Source of the DNA: Gammaproteobacteria bacterium
GTDB taxonomy: Bacteria > Pseudomonadota > Gammaproteobacteria > SZUA-152
Assembly: GCA_029882975.1 (NCBI GenBank)
Contig: JAOUJW010000003.1
Coordinates: 67,090 to 131,089 of the forward strand
Direction: 5' to 3'
Length of the DNA: 64,000 bases
Numbering within the stretch: the stretch's first letter is position 1; every line of letters begins with the position of its first letter. Made by a program: the position numbers and the translations under genes. The notes beneath the pieces are model-generated. The model searched no databases. It had not been told where the DNA came from and saw only the letters and a program-made list of their open reading frames with translations. Shown here one piece after another: positions 27,366 to 36,547 of the stretch.

Positions 27366-29699
27366 ATGTCTAGTTATCCAAATAGTTTGTATAAATTTGG
27401 AAAAGGATTTCTTGCTGCTGCCATCGTCGCAGCGCCGCTAACAGTAACGCCGTTAACAGCAAAGAGTGCTGATGTGACACTGATTCAAGTGTCCGATTTG
27501 CATGGTAATTTGGTGCCACACGCCGGGGTTATTGAATCCGCAGGTGCACCGGATCGTTATGTTACCCAAGGCGGTGGTATGGCCAAGGTGGCAACGGTAG
27601 TCAACAGCATCCGTGCCAGTTCCCATGCGCACTTAACATTAGGGGTGGGTGACTCCCTTCACGGCAGTGCTGAGGTGCTGTTTACCATGGGCGATGCCAT
27701 TATGCCGGCCTTTAATGCTCTGGGGCTGGAGGCATACACGCCGGGTAACTGGGAGTTTGCTTATGGTCCGGCGGTTTTTCGAGCACGTTTTACCAATTTG
27801 TGTAAAGCCAATCCCAATTGGCAATTTCCCGGTCCGGGTAATAATCCAGGCAATAGTGTGCCGGGGCCCCATGTCTTATGCCCTATTGTGCCGCCCAATG
27901 CACGTGTGATGACCGACTCTGATGGTGTGCCAGGCGTGACGCCGGCCAACTTCGAGGTTTTGGCGAACAATTTGTACAATGGTGGTCCTTATCCCACAGC
28001 AGCACCGTTTTACGGTGACCGGCCTTTAAAGGCCTACAAGGTGTTTGAAAAAGGCGGTGTGAAAATTGGTGTTATCGGTATCACCGCTGCGATTGTGCCG
28101 CAACAACCTCCGGTATTCGGACGCACCTTTGAATTTACTCAGGGTATTGAAGAACTGCCTGCAGACATTGCGGCGGCAAAGGCGGCAGGGGCACAAATCA
28201 TCGTTGTCATGTCCGAGTTGGGCTTGCCGCAAAATGTGCAAATTGGCCGGGAATTTCCCGAAGTGGACGTTGTCCTATCCGCCCATTCTCATGAGCTGAC
28301 CTTAGGTGCCATTCTCGCGGACAGTAACGGTTTTGAAATGACCGCCCCTGGAACTGAATTGTCGGGTTCACAATTGGCGCGCCTGCAAAAGGGTGCAGCA
28401 GTCATTGTTGAGGCCGGTGAAGATTTATATGTAGGCCGTTTGGATCTGAAAATTTCTGACGGGAAAATCCAAAACATCGTATGGCAGGCCATTCCGGTCG
28501 ATGATGATGTGGTCGAAGATGCTACCGTGGCCGCGCTGGTCGCGGATCAGGAAAAATATTTTCTCGCCGGTACGGATTTCAAAACCCATACCTTTTTACC
28601 GGCGGCTTATTGCCGTAGTTTTGCCGCCCCCAATCCTTGCGATGCGGATGCCGATGGCGTCGTGCGCCGCGGCTTGCGCTTAACCGATCCTTTGGACTTG
28701 GTGGTAGGAACTACCGACGTGTTATTGCACCGTCATGAAGACCTGGAAGGCGTGATGAATAACTTTATTGCCGATGCCTTTAGAGGTACCTTGGAAGTGG
28801 CCGCCAAAAGTGCTCGTACGGAATGGGCCAATTTGGATGTGGTTTCCATGACCAACGGTTTTCGTTTTGATACGGTGGTGCTACCGGCGCACTTGGTGGC
28901 CGAAGGGCAAAGCTTTCGCGACGGTCGCAAGCCCGGTGAAGTGACTTTGCGCGACCTGTGGGGCTATTTTCCGGTTGCCGCAGGTATGGCTGCCGCAGAC
29001 TACAACGGTGTAGTTATCGAAGAGAATTTGAATAATATTTTGGCCAATGTATATGCGCCCAATCCTTACATTCAGCGCGGCGGTTGGTATTTAGGTTTGT
29101 CCAGCAATATGAAACAGCGGGTTGACGTGGTGCAGCGTCCGCTAAGCACCTCCGGTTCTCGCATCGTTGATACGCATATCAACGGTAAACTCATCGATCA
29201 CAGTAAGCGTTATATTATTGCTTCCTGCTACGGTCATACCTTTCCTATAGGCCGATCCTGCCGTGCCGAGGGTGGTGCCAATACCATTTTCTTTACCTTG
29301 GCCGACCCGGACAACTATAGCAGTGCTTTGGGGTTTGCCGATCCCATTCCCACACCGGCGGGACAACCTTTGATCGACAATAAAACGCCCAGAACTCCCA
29401 TATTCCGCGCAGCGCCGGATTATTATCTGCATCCGGTACACACCCTGCGACGGCATTTGGATGCCAGCGGTGGTTCTATCAATAATGCCAATCATGGCGT
29501 CGGTCGCGTGGTTCACGTGAATTCACGCCTGATTGATAATTGCGCCCCTCCAGCCAAACCCAATAAAGTCTGTGTCAACGATACCAAAACCTTCCTGGTG
29601 GATCCTATCGAGAATCACCATTACGAAGATGCTGTCGTTCAATCTATCGAAGGTCTTGGTCCTTCCTTCCTGGAACGCAATATTTCAGTAACTAAGTAG
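27366..29699 (+). CDS. Exported bifunctional metallophosphatase/5'-nucleotidase-family protein with SoxB-like features
   Basis: SDLHG, GDSLHG, GNWEF and AHSHE metal motifs; C-terminal NGFRF and NPYIQRGGW; Sec-type signal. Confidence 0.8.
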   Translation: MSSYPNSLYKFGKGFLAAAIVAAPLTVTPLTAKSADVTLIQVSDLHGNLVPHAGVIESAGAPDRYVTQGGGMAKVATVVNSIRASSHAHLTLGVGDSLHGSAEVLFTMGDAIMPAFNALGLEAYTPGNWEFAYGPAVFRARFTNLCKANPNWQFPGPGNNPGNSVPGPHVLCPIVPPNARVMTDSDGVPGVTPANFEVLANNLYNGGPYPTAAPFYGDRPLKAYKVFEKGGVKIGVIGITAAIVPQQPPVFGRTFEFTQGIEELPADIAAAKAAGAQIIVVMSELGLPQNVQIGREFPEVDVVLSAHSHELTLGAILADSNGFEMTAPGTELSGSQLARLQKGAAVIVEAGEDLYVGRLDLKISDGKIQNIVWQAIPVDDDVVEDATVAALVADQEKYFLAGTDFKTHTFLPAAYCRSFAAPNPCDADADGVVRRGLRLTDPLDLVVGTTDVLLHRHEDLEGVMNNFIADAFRGTLEVAAKSARTEWANLDVVSMTNGFRFDTVVLPAHLVAEGQSFRDGRKPGEVTLRDLWGYFPVAAGMAAADYNGVVIEENLNNILANVYAPNPYIQRGGWYLGLSSNMKQRVDVVQRPLSTSGSRIVDTHINGKLIDHSKRYIIASCYGHTFPIGRSCRAEGGANTIFFTLADPDNYSSALGFADPIPTPAGQPLIDNKTPRTPIFRAAPDYYLHPVHTLRRHLDASGGSINNANHGVGRVVHVNSRLIDNCAPPAKPNKVCVNDTKTFLVDPIENHHYEDAVVQSIEGLGPSFLERNISVTK

Positions 29700-29711
29700 T
29701 TTGTTCACACC

Positions 29712-29745
29712 CCGCGGGTTCATAGGAACCCGCGGTTTTCTTTTT
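29712..29745 (+). terminator. Rho-independent terminator
   Basis: CCGCGGGTTC-atag-GAACCCGCGG followed by TTTTCTTTTT. Confidence 0.85.
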
Positions 29746-29894
29746 ACCTTGATTCATTACCCAATTCTTTGTTAGCTTGCAGCAGCAATGCTTAGTTCGT
29801 GCACCATCGTAGATACCATCTTACTCACATTGTCACAAGCCCCAAAACAACTGAGCATCGTTGTATATTTGGGTAAGCCGACTAGAACGGGGCC

Positions 29895-29990
29895 ATGGGT
29901 GTTCCCCAACCGCGGAACGCCGTGAATACGTCCATGTAGGCTCGGCAGCGGCATCCATGCCGCTGACGTCCGCTTTTGGGAAACACCCAT
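29895..29990. repeat. Nested palindromic intergenic element (MITE/REP-like)
   Basis: Terminal inverted repeat ATGGGTGTTCCCCAA / TTGGGAAACACCCAT (14/15) enclosing the perfect hairpin CAGCGGCAT-cc-ATGCCGCTG. Confidence 0.65.
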
Positions 29991-30043
29991 ACCCCACTTG
30001 TCGAACCACCATCGAAAGGGCTGGGTAAACGAGATAGTTTTTT

Positions 30044-30073
30044 GTAGGGTGGGCAAGCTTTTTTGCCCACGCG
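30044..30073 (+). repeat. GTAG-family REP
   Basis: GTAG-G-GTGGGCAA-gctttt-TTGCCCAC-GCG. Confidence 0.65.
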
Positions 30074-30150
30074 GGCGAAAGGTGGGGCTATTATACTGTT
30101 TCGTATTGCCATCTTAGTTCAAGTCACGATGCTGGCTGAGAGATGGGCAT

Positions 30151-30180
30151 GTCGGATTACGTTGCACTAATCCAAGCTAC
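30151..30180 (-). repeat. GTAG-family REP (second type, inverted orientation)
   Basis: Minus strand reads GTAG-CTTGGATTA-gtgcaacg-TAATCCGAC. Confidence 0.6.
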
Positions 30181-30313
30181 AAATGTGCCAGTAGGAAAAG
30201 ATAGGGTTTCCATTCTGTTTCGAATGGTGATTTTTTCTAAGGTGCAGTAACGATAGATACTTTGTGAATGTCGCTAATTATAGGTTTGTGATTTAAGTGG
30301 GAACGACGAAGAT

Positions 30314-31315
30314 TTACCCCCCGGTCATAGACATAAATCTTACGACCTGCTGCGGTTTTTCCACAAACTCATGTTTTTCCGGTTTACGTCTTATGGCGTC
30401 CACAATAGCTTGTTCAATGTCGGTGTCGCTGGCGCCGGATCGCAACAGGGGGCGCAGTTCCACTTTGTCGTTTTGCCCCAGACACAAATACAGCGTGCCT
30501 TCGGCGGATAGACGTACGCGATTACAGCTGTCGCAAAAGTGTTGCGAGATAGGCGTGATGAAACCAATGCGTAACTCCGTGTCGGCTACCCGGACATAAC
30601 GAGCCGGGCCGCCGCCGTTCATTACGCTGGGAAGCAAACGGTACTTCTGTTCCAAGCGCGCTTGCACTTGCTCCAGGCTGATATAGTGGTCCGTGGCGTT
30701 TTGTCCTGTGTTGCCTATGGGCATGGTCTCAATAAAACGCAGAGTAAAATCGTGCGCTATGCAAAAATCTACCATGGCTTCGATTTCATCGTCGTTAACA
30801 CCGCGCATGACCACCATGTTGATTTTGATGGGTTTAAAACCCGCCTCTTTGGCCGCCATAAGGCCGGCCATGACTTTTTCTAATTTGCCGCCATTGGTAA
30901 TGGTTTTGAAACGTTCTGGCTGAAGGCTGTCCAGGCTCACATTAATGCGGCTCACGTTGGCCTGCTTGAGAGCATGGGCATGGCGTTGCAGTTGCACTGC
31001 ATTGGTACTTAAGGATAAATCGTCTATGCCCGGCAGGGCGGAGAGTTGTTGTGCCAGCTGTGGCAGGTTTTTGCGTAACAGCGGCTCGCCTCCGGTGATG
31101 CGAATGCGATTAACGCCCAAGCGGCCAAAAGCGCCGATTAAACGCTGGATTTCATCGGCGTTTAACCAATGTTCCGGTTCTTCAAAGCTTTTAAATCCCT
31201 TAGGCAAGCAATAGACACAACGTAAATCACAACGGTCGGTCACGGACAGGCGCACGTATTCAATACGGCGACCGAACGCGTCATAAAGTCCGTTGTTGTT
31301 GCTTTGCGAGCTCAT
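30314..31315 (-). CDS. moaA: GTP 3',8-cyclase (molybdenum cofactor biosynthesis)
   Basis: CDLRCVYC radical-SAM motif, FCDSCNR.R second cluster and C-terminal GG. Confidence 0.96.
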   Translation of the reverse strand: MSSQSNNNGLYDAFGRRIEYVRLSVTDRCDLRCVYCLPKGFKSFEEPEHWLNADEIQRLIGAFGRLGVNRIRITGGEPLLRKNLPQLAQQLSALPGIDDLSLSTNAVQLQRHAHALKQANVSRINVSLDSLQPERFKTITNGGKLEKVMAGLMAAKEAGFKPIKINMVVMRGVNDDEIEAMVDFCIAHDFTLRFIETMPIGNTGQNATDHYISLEQVQARLEQKYRLLPSVMNGGGPARYVRVADTELRIGFITPISQHFCDSCNRVRLSAEGTLYLCLGQNDKVELRPLLRSGASDTDIEQAIVDAIRRKPEKHEFVEKPQQVVRFMSMTGG

Positions 31316-31414
31316 AGGGCATCAGCCTGGGTTTTACCATGTGGTACTAAAAGCCTAGCACTTATATTGCCAAGTGTAGAAATATTTCGGGCCGAAACAG
31401 CTCGGCCCGGTAAG

Positions 31415-32389
31415 TTATACGGTCTGATAGTACATATTTTGTGGGTGATTGGCCTGGGCAAAAAAGAACCAGCGCTCCACCAATAAACCCAGGTATTGCA
31501 CGATAAATGCGGTGACATACAAGCCGGTGTTGTGGCTGGATAAGCCAATGCTTAAAAACAATACCGGTAAAGGAAAGACCATGATCAAGAATATCCATTT
31601 GACGGATTTTAAGAACAGCGCTGTTTTTCCATGGAAAAATTCTCGGGTGTTAAAAGTGCCACCCATGGCGCCCATGGCTTTTTGTTGAATATTAATGTGA
31701 CGTACGCCAATGGCGGACTTGAGGCTGGACTTGGCTTTCAGGCGCCGATTGCGCAGCAGTGATGCGCCGCGGGTGACCAGGGCAAGTAAGGTCAGGATAA
31801 TGGCCCAGTCGGCGTAATAGTCCACCAATTGAGAGTTGTTGCGGCTGGCGTATACGGTGCACAGGGTGTATCCGGAAGCCATACCCAGCAAGGTGTAATT
31901 GATGACGGTTAAGGGAGAATGCCACTCCTGTAAAAACTTAAGGCAAGCGTAGATCATGCCGGTGCAGACGTACAGGGCAAAACAGACCACCAGTCCGGCG
32001 ATTCCAATCAAAACGGTCAAGCGCACTTCGGGGATGGTAGCGGTGCCGAAAGTGGCCGGATTGATGTTGAAATAGTGCAATACGCCGTAAACAAACACCA
32101 ACAGCATAAACAAGGGCAGGGCGATGACTTCGCGGGATAACCAGGAAGTGCGCCATTGCGCCGCTGCGCGCCAAGCCCGCTCCGGATGTCCCAGATGAAA
32201 GAAAGAAGCAAACAGTCCGGCGATGAGAAAAATCATGGCCAACAGGGCGCCACCGCTGTAAAACTCACCGTTCTGCGGCGGTAAGCCGGACATAATGCTA
32301 TAGCTTTGCCCCAGCACCAGGGCCAGAAACAAACCCTGACCCACCCCAATCAAGGTGGTCAGGAAAACAACGGAAAATGGAGGATTCAT
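31415..32389 (-). CDS. soeC: Sulfite:quinone oxidoreductase membrane subunit (DmsC family)
   Basis: MNPPFSVVF, HLGHPERAWRA, SWLSRE and ERWFFFAQA.HPQN; about 8 TM segments. Confidence 0.88.
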   Translation of the reverse strand: MNPPFSVVFLTTLIGVGQGLFLALVLGQSYSIMSGLPPQNGEFYSGGALLAMIFLIAGLFASFFHLGHPERAWRAAAQWRTSWLSREVIALPLFMLLVFVYGVLHYFNINPATFGTATIPEVRLTVLIGIAGLVVCFALYVCTGMIYACLKFLQEWHSPLTVINYTLLGMASGYTLCTVYASRNNSQLVDYYADWAIILTLLALVTRGASLLRNRRLKAKSSLKSAIGVRHINIQQKAMGAMGGTFNTREFFHGKTALFLKSVKWIFLIMVFPLPVLFLSIGLSSHNTGLYVTAFIVQYLGLLVERWFFFAQANHPQNMYYQTV

Positions 32390-32457
32390 TGTTTAACAAA
32401 CTCCTGTGAAAATTGTTCGGTATTTGGTGCGCACAATCGAGTTGGCCATATATCGTG

Positions 32458-33186
32458 TTACCATGACGTGGAATCCTCCAAATACGGCCCGTCGTCGTCC
32501 TGAGGCAACGGACCCTCCTTCTTGAGCGGGTTGTCCACACGCACCAGTTCGTCTTCGTGAATATGCTGCTTGGTCTTACGCCGGGGCAAATAGTGATTGG
32601 CCGGCTGAGTACCCCATTCGGGCATGAGCGCATAGCCGCCGTTTTCACGAATGGCAATGGATGCTTCCGAATTGGGGTCGTGTACATCACCAAAAATACG
32701 CGCACTGGTGGGGCAGGAGATAACGCAGGCCGGTCGGCGTTCCGTTTCAGGCAGCTCTTCATTGTAGATGCGGTCTACGCACAAAGTGCATTTTTTCATG
32801 ACTTTTTCGTGCTGATCCAACTCGCGGGCACCGTAGGGGCAAGCCCAGGAACAGTAACCGCAGCCGATGCACTTGTCGTAGTTCACCAGTACTATGCCGT
32901 CTTCTTTGCGTTTGTAGCTGGCGCCCGTGGGACACACGGGTACACACGGGGCGTCTTCGCAATGCAGGCAGCTCTTGGGAAAGTGCACCGTTTCCGTGTG
33001 GGGAAAGACGCCCACTTCATAAGTCTGCACTCGATTAAAGAAAGTGCCCGTGGGGTCTTTGGCGTAAGGATTGTCATCCGTCATCGGTCCTGCGGAACCG
33101 GAGGAGTTCCACTGCTTACAGCTGGTCACACAAGCGTGGCAGCCAACGCAGACATTTAAATCAATAACTAAAGCAAGTTGCGTCAT
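32458..33186 (-). CDS. soeB: Sulfite:quinone oxidoreductase 4Fe-4S subunit
   Basis: MTQLALVIDLNVCVGCHAC; four Cys clusters; AAGGA RBS before ATG 33186. Confidence 0.9.
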   Translation of the reverse strand: MTQLALVIDLNVCVGCHACVTSCKQWNSSGSAGPMTDDNPYAKDPTGTFFNRVQTYEVGVFPHTETVHFPKSCLHCEDAPCVPVCPTGASYKRKEDGIVLVNYDKCIGCGYCSWACPYGARELDQHEKVMKKCTLCVDRIYNEELPETERRPACVISCPTSARIFGDVHDPNSEASIAIRENGGYALMPEWGTQPANHYLPRRKTKQHIHEDELVRVDNPLKKEGPLPQDDDGPYLEDSTSW

Positions 33187-33196
33187 GGCTGTTCCT

Positions 33197-36088
33197 TTAT
33201 TTACGTTTACCGGCAAAATACGCCAACCAGGGTTTGCGTTGCGGTTGGCCCGGCGTGGGTAACATGGGTTTAAACTGGGGTGAGGTGACCTGCGGTTCGT
33301 CCGCATTGGCTTTGTACACTTTCACTCGCACGTCATACCACGCCGCCTGTCCGGTTAAAGGGTCAGAATTGGATAGGCGCATGCCTTGGCTGTCTTCCGG
33401 CAGTTCTTCAGAGATTACATGGTTCAGCAAAAAGCCTTTTTGTGACTCATTGGCATCCGGGGTAAGGTTCCAGGCGCCGGCGGCTTTACCAATGGCGTTC
33501 CAGGTCCAAACGGTGCCCGGTTCCACCGCTTCTGAGAAGCGGCACATGCAACGGACTTTACCGTGCATGGATTCCACCCAAACCCAGTCACCGTCATTAA
33601 AACCACCTTTAGCACCCAGCGTGGGGCTCATATACAGATAGTTATGGGTGTGAATCTGACGCAGCCAGGCGTTTTGCGAATCCCAGGAGTGGTACATGGC
33701 CATGGGGCGTTGGGTTACCGCGCTCAAGGGATACGTGTGTTTGTCCGTGGCCTGTTGTTCCAAAGGCTCATAGAAAAACGGTAAAGGATCGAAATAGGTT
33801 TCGATACGCTCACGCAAACGTGCCGGGGGTTGTTTGCCCGGATATTTACCTTGAGCTGCCAGACGAAATTTTTGCAGCACTTCGGAATATATATGAATAT
33901 TGATAGGGTCCGAATGTCGGGTCATGTGGTGGTGTTTGGCCCATTCCAAATACCCTTTGTTCCAGTTGCGCATGTATTGATACGACTTGGGCAGTTCATA
34001 ATGAAACACGCAATTGTTTTTCTCGTACATTTCCCACTGCTTGGGGTTAGGTTCACCACGCAGGAATTTTTCGCCGCCTTTTCCGCGCCAGCCGGATAGA
34101 AAGCCAATACCGGAGCCTTTTTCAGTTTCATGGTTGATGATAAAGTCCGGGTAGTCGCGGTATTTGCGTTTGCCTTCCGGTGTAGTGAAAGCCGCCAGTT
34201 TCAATCGGGTTCCCAGTTCGATCAGCACTTCCTGAAAAGGTTTGCATTGACCTTTAGGGGGCAGAACCGGAATCCGCACAGAGTCTACAGGCCCGTCAAA
34301 TTCGGAGATTGGGCGGTCCAGCATGGACATAACATCGTGGCGTTCCAAGTAGGTGGTGTCCGGCAATACCAAATCGGCATAGGCCACCATTTCCGATTGA
34401 AAGGCATCGCAGACGGCAATAAAAGGAATCTTGTATTCTCCGTCTTCGTTTTTATCGTTAAGCATTTGCCGTACCTGCTCCGTGTTCATGGAGGAGTTCC
34501 ATGCCATATTGGCCATGAAAATGAGCAGAGTGTCGATGGAATAGGGGTCGCCGCGCCAGGCATTGGTGATCACATTGTGCATGAGTCCGTGTACGGACAG
34601 GGGGTATTCCCAGGAAAAGGCTTTGTCGATGCGAATGGGTTCGCCGTTGTCGTCCACAAACAAATCATTGGGGTCCGCCGGCCAACCTAAAGGCATGCCG
34701 CCCAAGGGCGAATTGGGTTTGACACCATTTGGTCCGTTGGGGGTTTTGGGGCACGGCGGTATGGGGCGAGGGAACGGGGCCTTATGGCGAAAGCCGCCGG
34801 GGCGGTCAATGGTTCCTAGGATGCTCATCAATATGGAAAGTGCTCGGATGGTCTGAAAGCCGTTGGAATGGGCGGCCAGTCCACGCATGGCATGAAAGGA
34901 TACGGGGTTACCGGTCACCGCTTCATGGTCATTGCCCCAGGCATCGGTCCAGGCAATGGGTAGTTCAATTTTCTCATCACGGGCGGTAATGCCCATTTCG
35001 TGTGCCAGGGTTACAATGTCTTTGACGGGAATGCCGGTGATGTCCGCTGCCCATTCGGGGGTGTAATTTTTGACCCTATCCGCCAGCAATTGAAACGCCG
35101 GTTTAACCGGGGTACCGTCTTCCAGGGTAAATTCCCCCAGCAGGAACGGGTCAGCGCCTTCAGTGTGGGTGCGTACGGCGGCGTCTGTGTTGCGATCCCA
35201 CCAGAGTTGGTCTTGTGGGTGAATTTTGCCCGCATCCTCTTCTTCGTCCAGGCGCATGAACATGCCGAATTCGTCATGGCTGCTGTTCTGGTTCACCAAT
35301 TGCGCCGCGTTGCTGTATTTGATCAGAAATTCTCGGTCATAGAGGCCGGTGTTGATAATTTCGTTGATCAAGGCCAGGATTAAGGCGCCGTCAGTGCCGG
35401 GTTTAATAGGTACCCACTGATCGGCAATGGCGGAATAACCGGTGCGAATGGGGTTGATGGAAATAAATCGGCCACCGGAACGTTTGAATTGGGATAGAGA
35501 GATCTTCAAGGGATTGGAGTGGTGATCTTCCGCAGTGCCGAACATAACAAACAGGCGCGAGCGTTCCAGGTCCGGACCACCGAATTCCCAAAAAGAACCG
35601 CCAATGGAATAAATCATACCCGCCGCCATATTGACGGAGCAAAATCCGCCGTGCGCCGCATAGTTAGGGGTGCCGAATTGTTTGGCGAACAAGCCGGTCA
35701 GGGCCTGCATTTGATCGCGCCCGGTAAACAGAGCGAATTTTTTCGGGTCGGTATTGCGAATGTGGCTTAAGCGTTTTTCCAGGATTTCGAAAGCCTCATC
35801 CCAGGAAATAACTTCAAACTCCGCGGCACCGCGTTCGGCGCCTTCACGGCGTTTCAGTGGCTGGGTCAGGCGCGCCGGGGAATATTGTTTCATGATGCCG
35901 GAGCTGCCCTTGGCACACAGCACACCTTTGTTGAGCGGGTGGTCCGGGTTACCTTCTATGTAACGGACTTCGCCGTCACGTAGGGTGACTCGGATACCGC
36001 AACGGCATGCACACATGTAACACGTGGTTTTTTTAACTTCAATGCTGCCCGACTCTTTCGGAGAGTTGTTACTGGTTTGGTTAGCCAT
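33197..36088 (-). CDS. soeA: Cytoplasmic sulfite dehydrogenase molybdopterin subunit
   Basis: TTCYMCACRCGI, FTGRDQMQ, HGGFCSVNMAA, SFHAMRG and MYHSWDSQNAWLRQI; no Tat signal. Confidence 0.92.
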   Translation of the reverse strand: MANQTSNNSPKESGSIEVKKTTCYMCACRCGIRVTLRDGEVRYIEGNPDHPLNKGVLCAKGSSGIMKQYSPARLTQPLKRREGAERGAAEFEVISWDEAFEILEKRLSHIRNTDPKKFALFTGRDQMQALTGLFAKQFGTPNYAAHGGFCSVNMAAGMIYSIGGSFWEFGGPDLERSRLFVMFGTAEDHHSNPLKISLSQFKRSGGRFISINPIRTGYSAIADQWVPIKPGTDGALILALINEIINTGLYDREFLIKYSNAAQLVNQNSSHDEFGMFMRLDEEEDAGKIHPQDQLWWDRNTDAAVRTHTEGADPFLLGEFTLEDGTPVKPAFQLLADRVKNYTPEWAADITGIPVKDIVTLAHEMGITARDEKIELPIAWTDAWGNDHEAVTGNPVSFHAMRGLAAHSNGFQTIRALSILMSILGTIDRPGGFRHKAPFPRPIPPCPKTPNGPNGVKPNSPLGGMPLGWPADPNDLFVDDNGEPIRIDKAFSWEYPLSVHGLMHNVITNAWRGDPYSIDTLLIFMANMAWNSSMNTEQVRQMLNDKNEDGEYKIPFIAVCDAFQSEMVAYADLVLPDTTYLERHDVMSMLDRPISEFDGPVDSVRIPVLPPKGQCKPFQEVLIELGTRLKLAAFTTPEGKRKYRDYPDFIINHETEKGSGIGFLSGWRGKGGEKFLRGEPNPKQWEMYEKNNCVFHYELPKSYQYMRNWNKGYLEWAKHHHMTRHSDPINIHIYSEVLQKFRLAAQGKYPGKQPPARLRERIETYFDPLPFFYEPLEQQATDKHTYPLSAVTQRPMAMYHSWDSQNAWLRQIHTHNYLYMSPTLGAKGGFNDGDWVWVESMHGKVRCMCRFSEAVEPGTVWTWNAIGKAAGAWNLTPDANESQKGFLLNHVISEELPEDSQGMRLSNSDPLTGQAAWYDVRVKVYKANADEPQVTSPQFKPMLPTPGQPQRKPWLAYFAGKRK

Positions 36089-36120
36089 TTAGGGTTCCTG
36101 AATAAAGCAAACGAAAAGTA

Positions 36121-36142
36121 TATATCAGAATATTCGCATATA
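36121..36142. promoter_or_regulatory. Imperfect palindrome, candidate operator upstream of soeA
   Basis: TATATCAGAATATTCGCATATA is 18/22 self-complementary. Confidence 0.4.
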
Positions 36143-36547
36143 CCTAATCAGCAATATTGAGCGTGGAATAGAAAAATTATATTTACTACTCAATTGCCGT
36201 CTAAAGGGTAGGAATTTCAAGGTCTTTATCTATTCTAGCCTGGAAATGATGAATATAGGCTGACTAGTATGCAAAATCGTGTCAATTCTGTGAAACCTGA
36301 GACACAAAATCCACTACGACTTTTGAGGCCATGGTTGGAACTGAATAAGGTTGGAAGGAACGGGATTTATTAATTAATGGCTTTATTAAAAAGCCGAATA
36401 GCAATAACGGGCAATTGCGAATAGAATAGGCGGCGCAAATAATTTTCAGTCAACCTTTGCAAAACAAGAACATATTAACTGTAACTCCGAAAGCGGTAGA
36501 CAGTGGTTGACACAACTTTCGGTAGATACTGGAGGAGGGAAGCAATA

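Noticed and set aside
27366..29699. Calling the gene soxB
   Set aside because: No Tat signal, altered metal ligands and no sox cluster.
29772..30112. 94 aa and 76 aa ORFs
   Set aside because: They run through palindromic repeat elements and are probably spurious.
33197..36088. DMSO reductase DmsA partnered with the DmsE-like decaheme
   Set aside because: No Tat leader, and the motifs match cytoplasmic SoeA.
36269..36286. Possible sigma54 promoter for soeA (TTGACACGATTTTGCA, minus strand)
   Set aside because: Lacks the invariant GG at -24 and the spacing is wrong.
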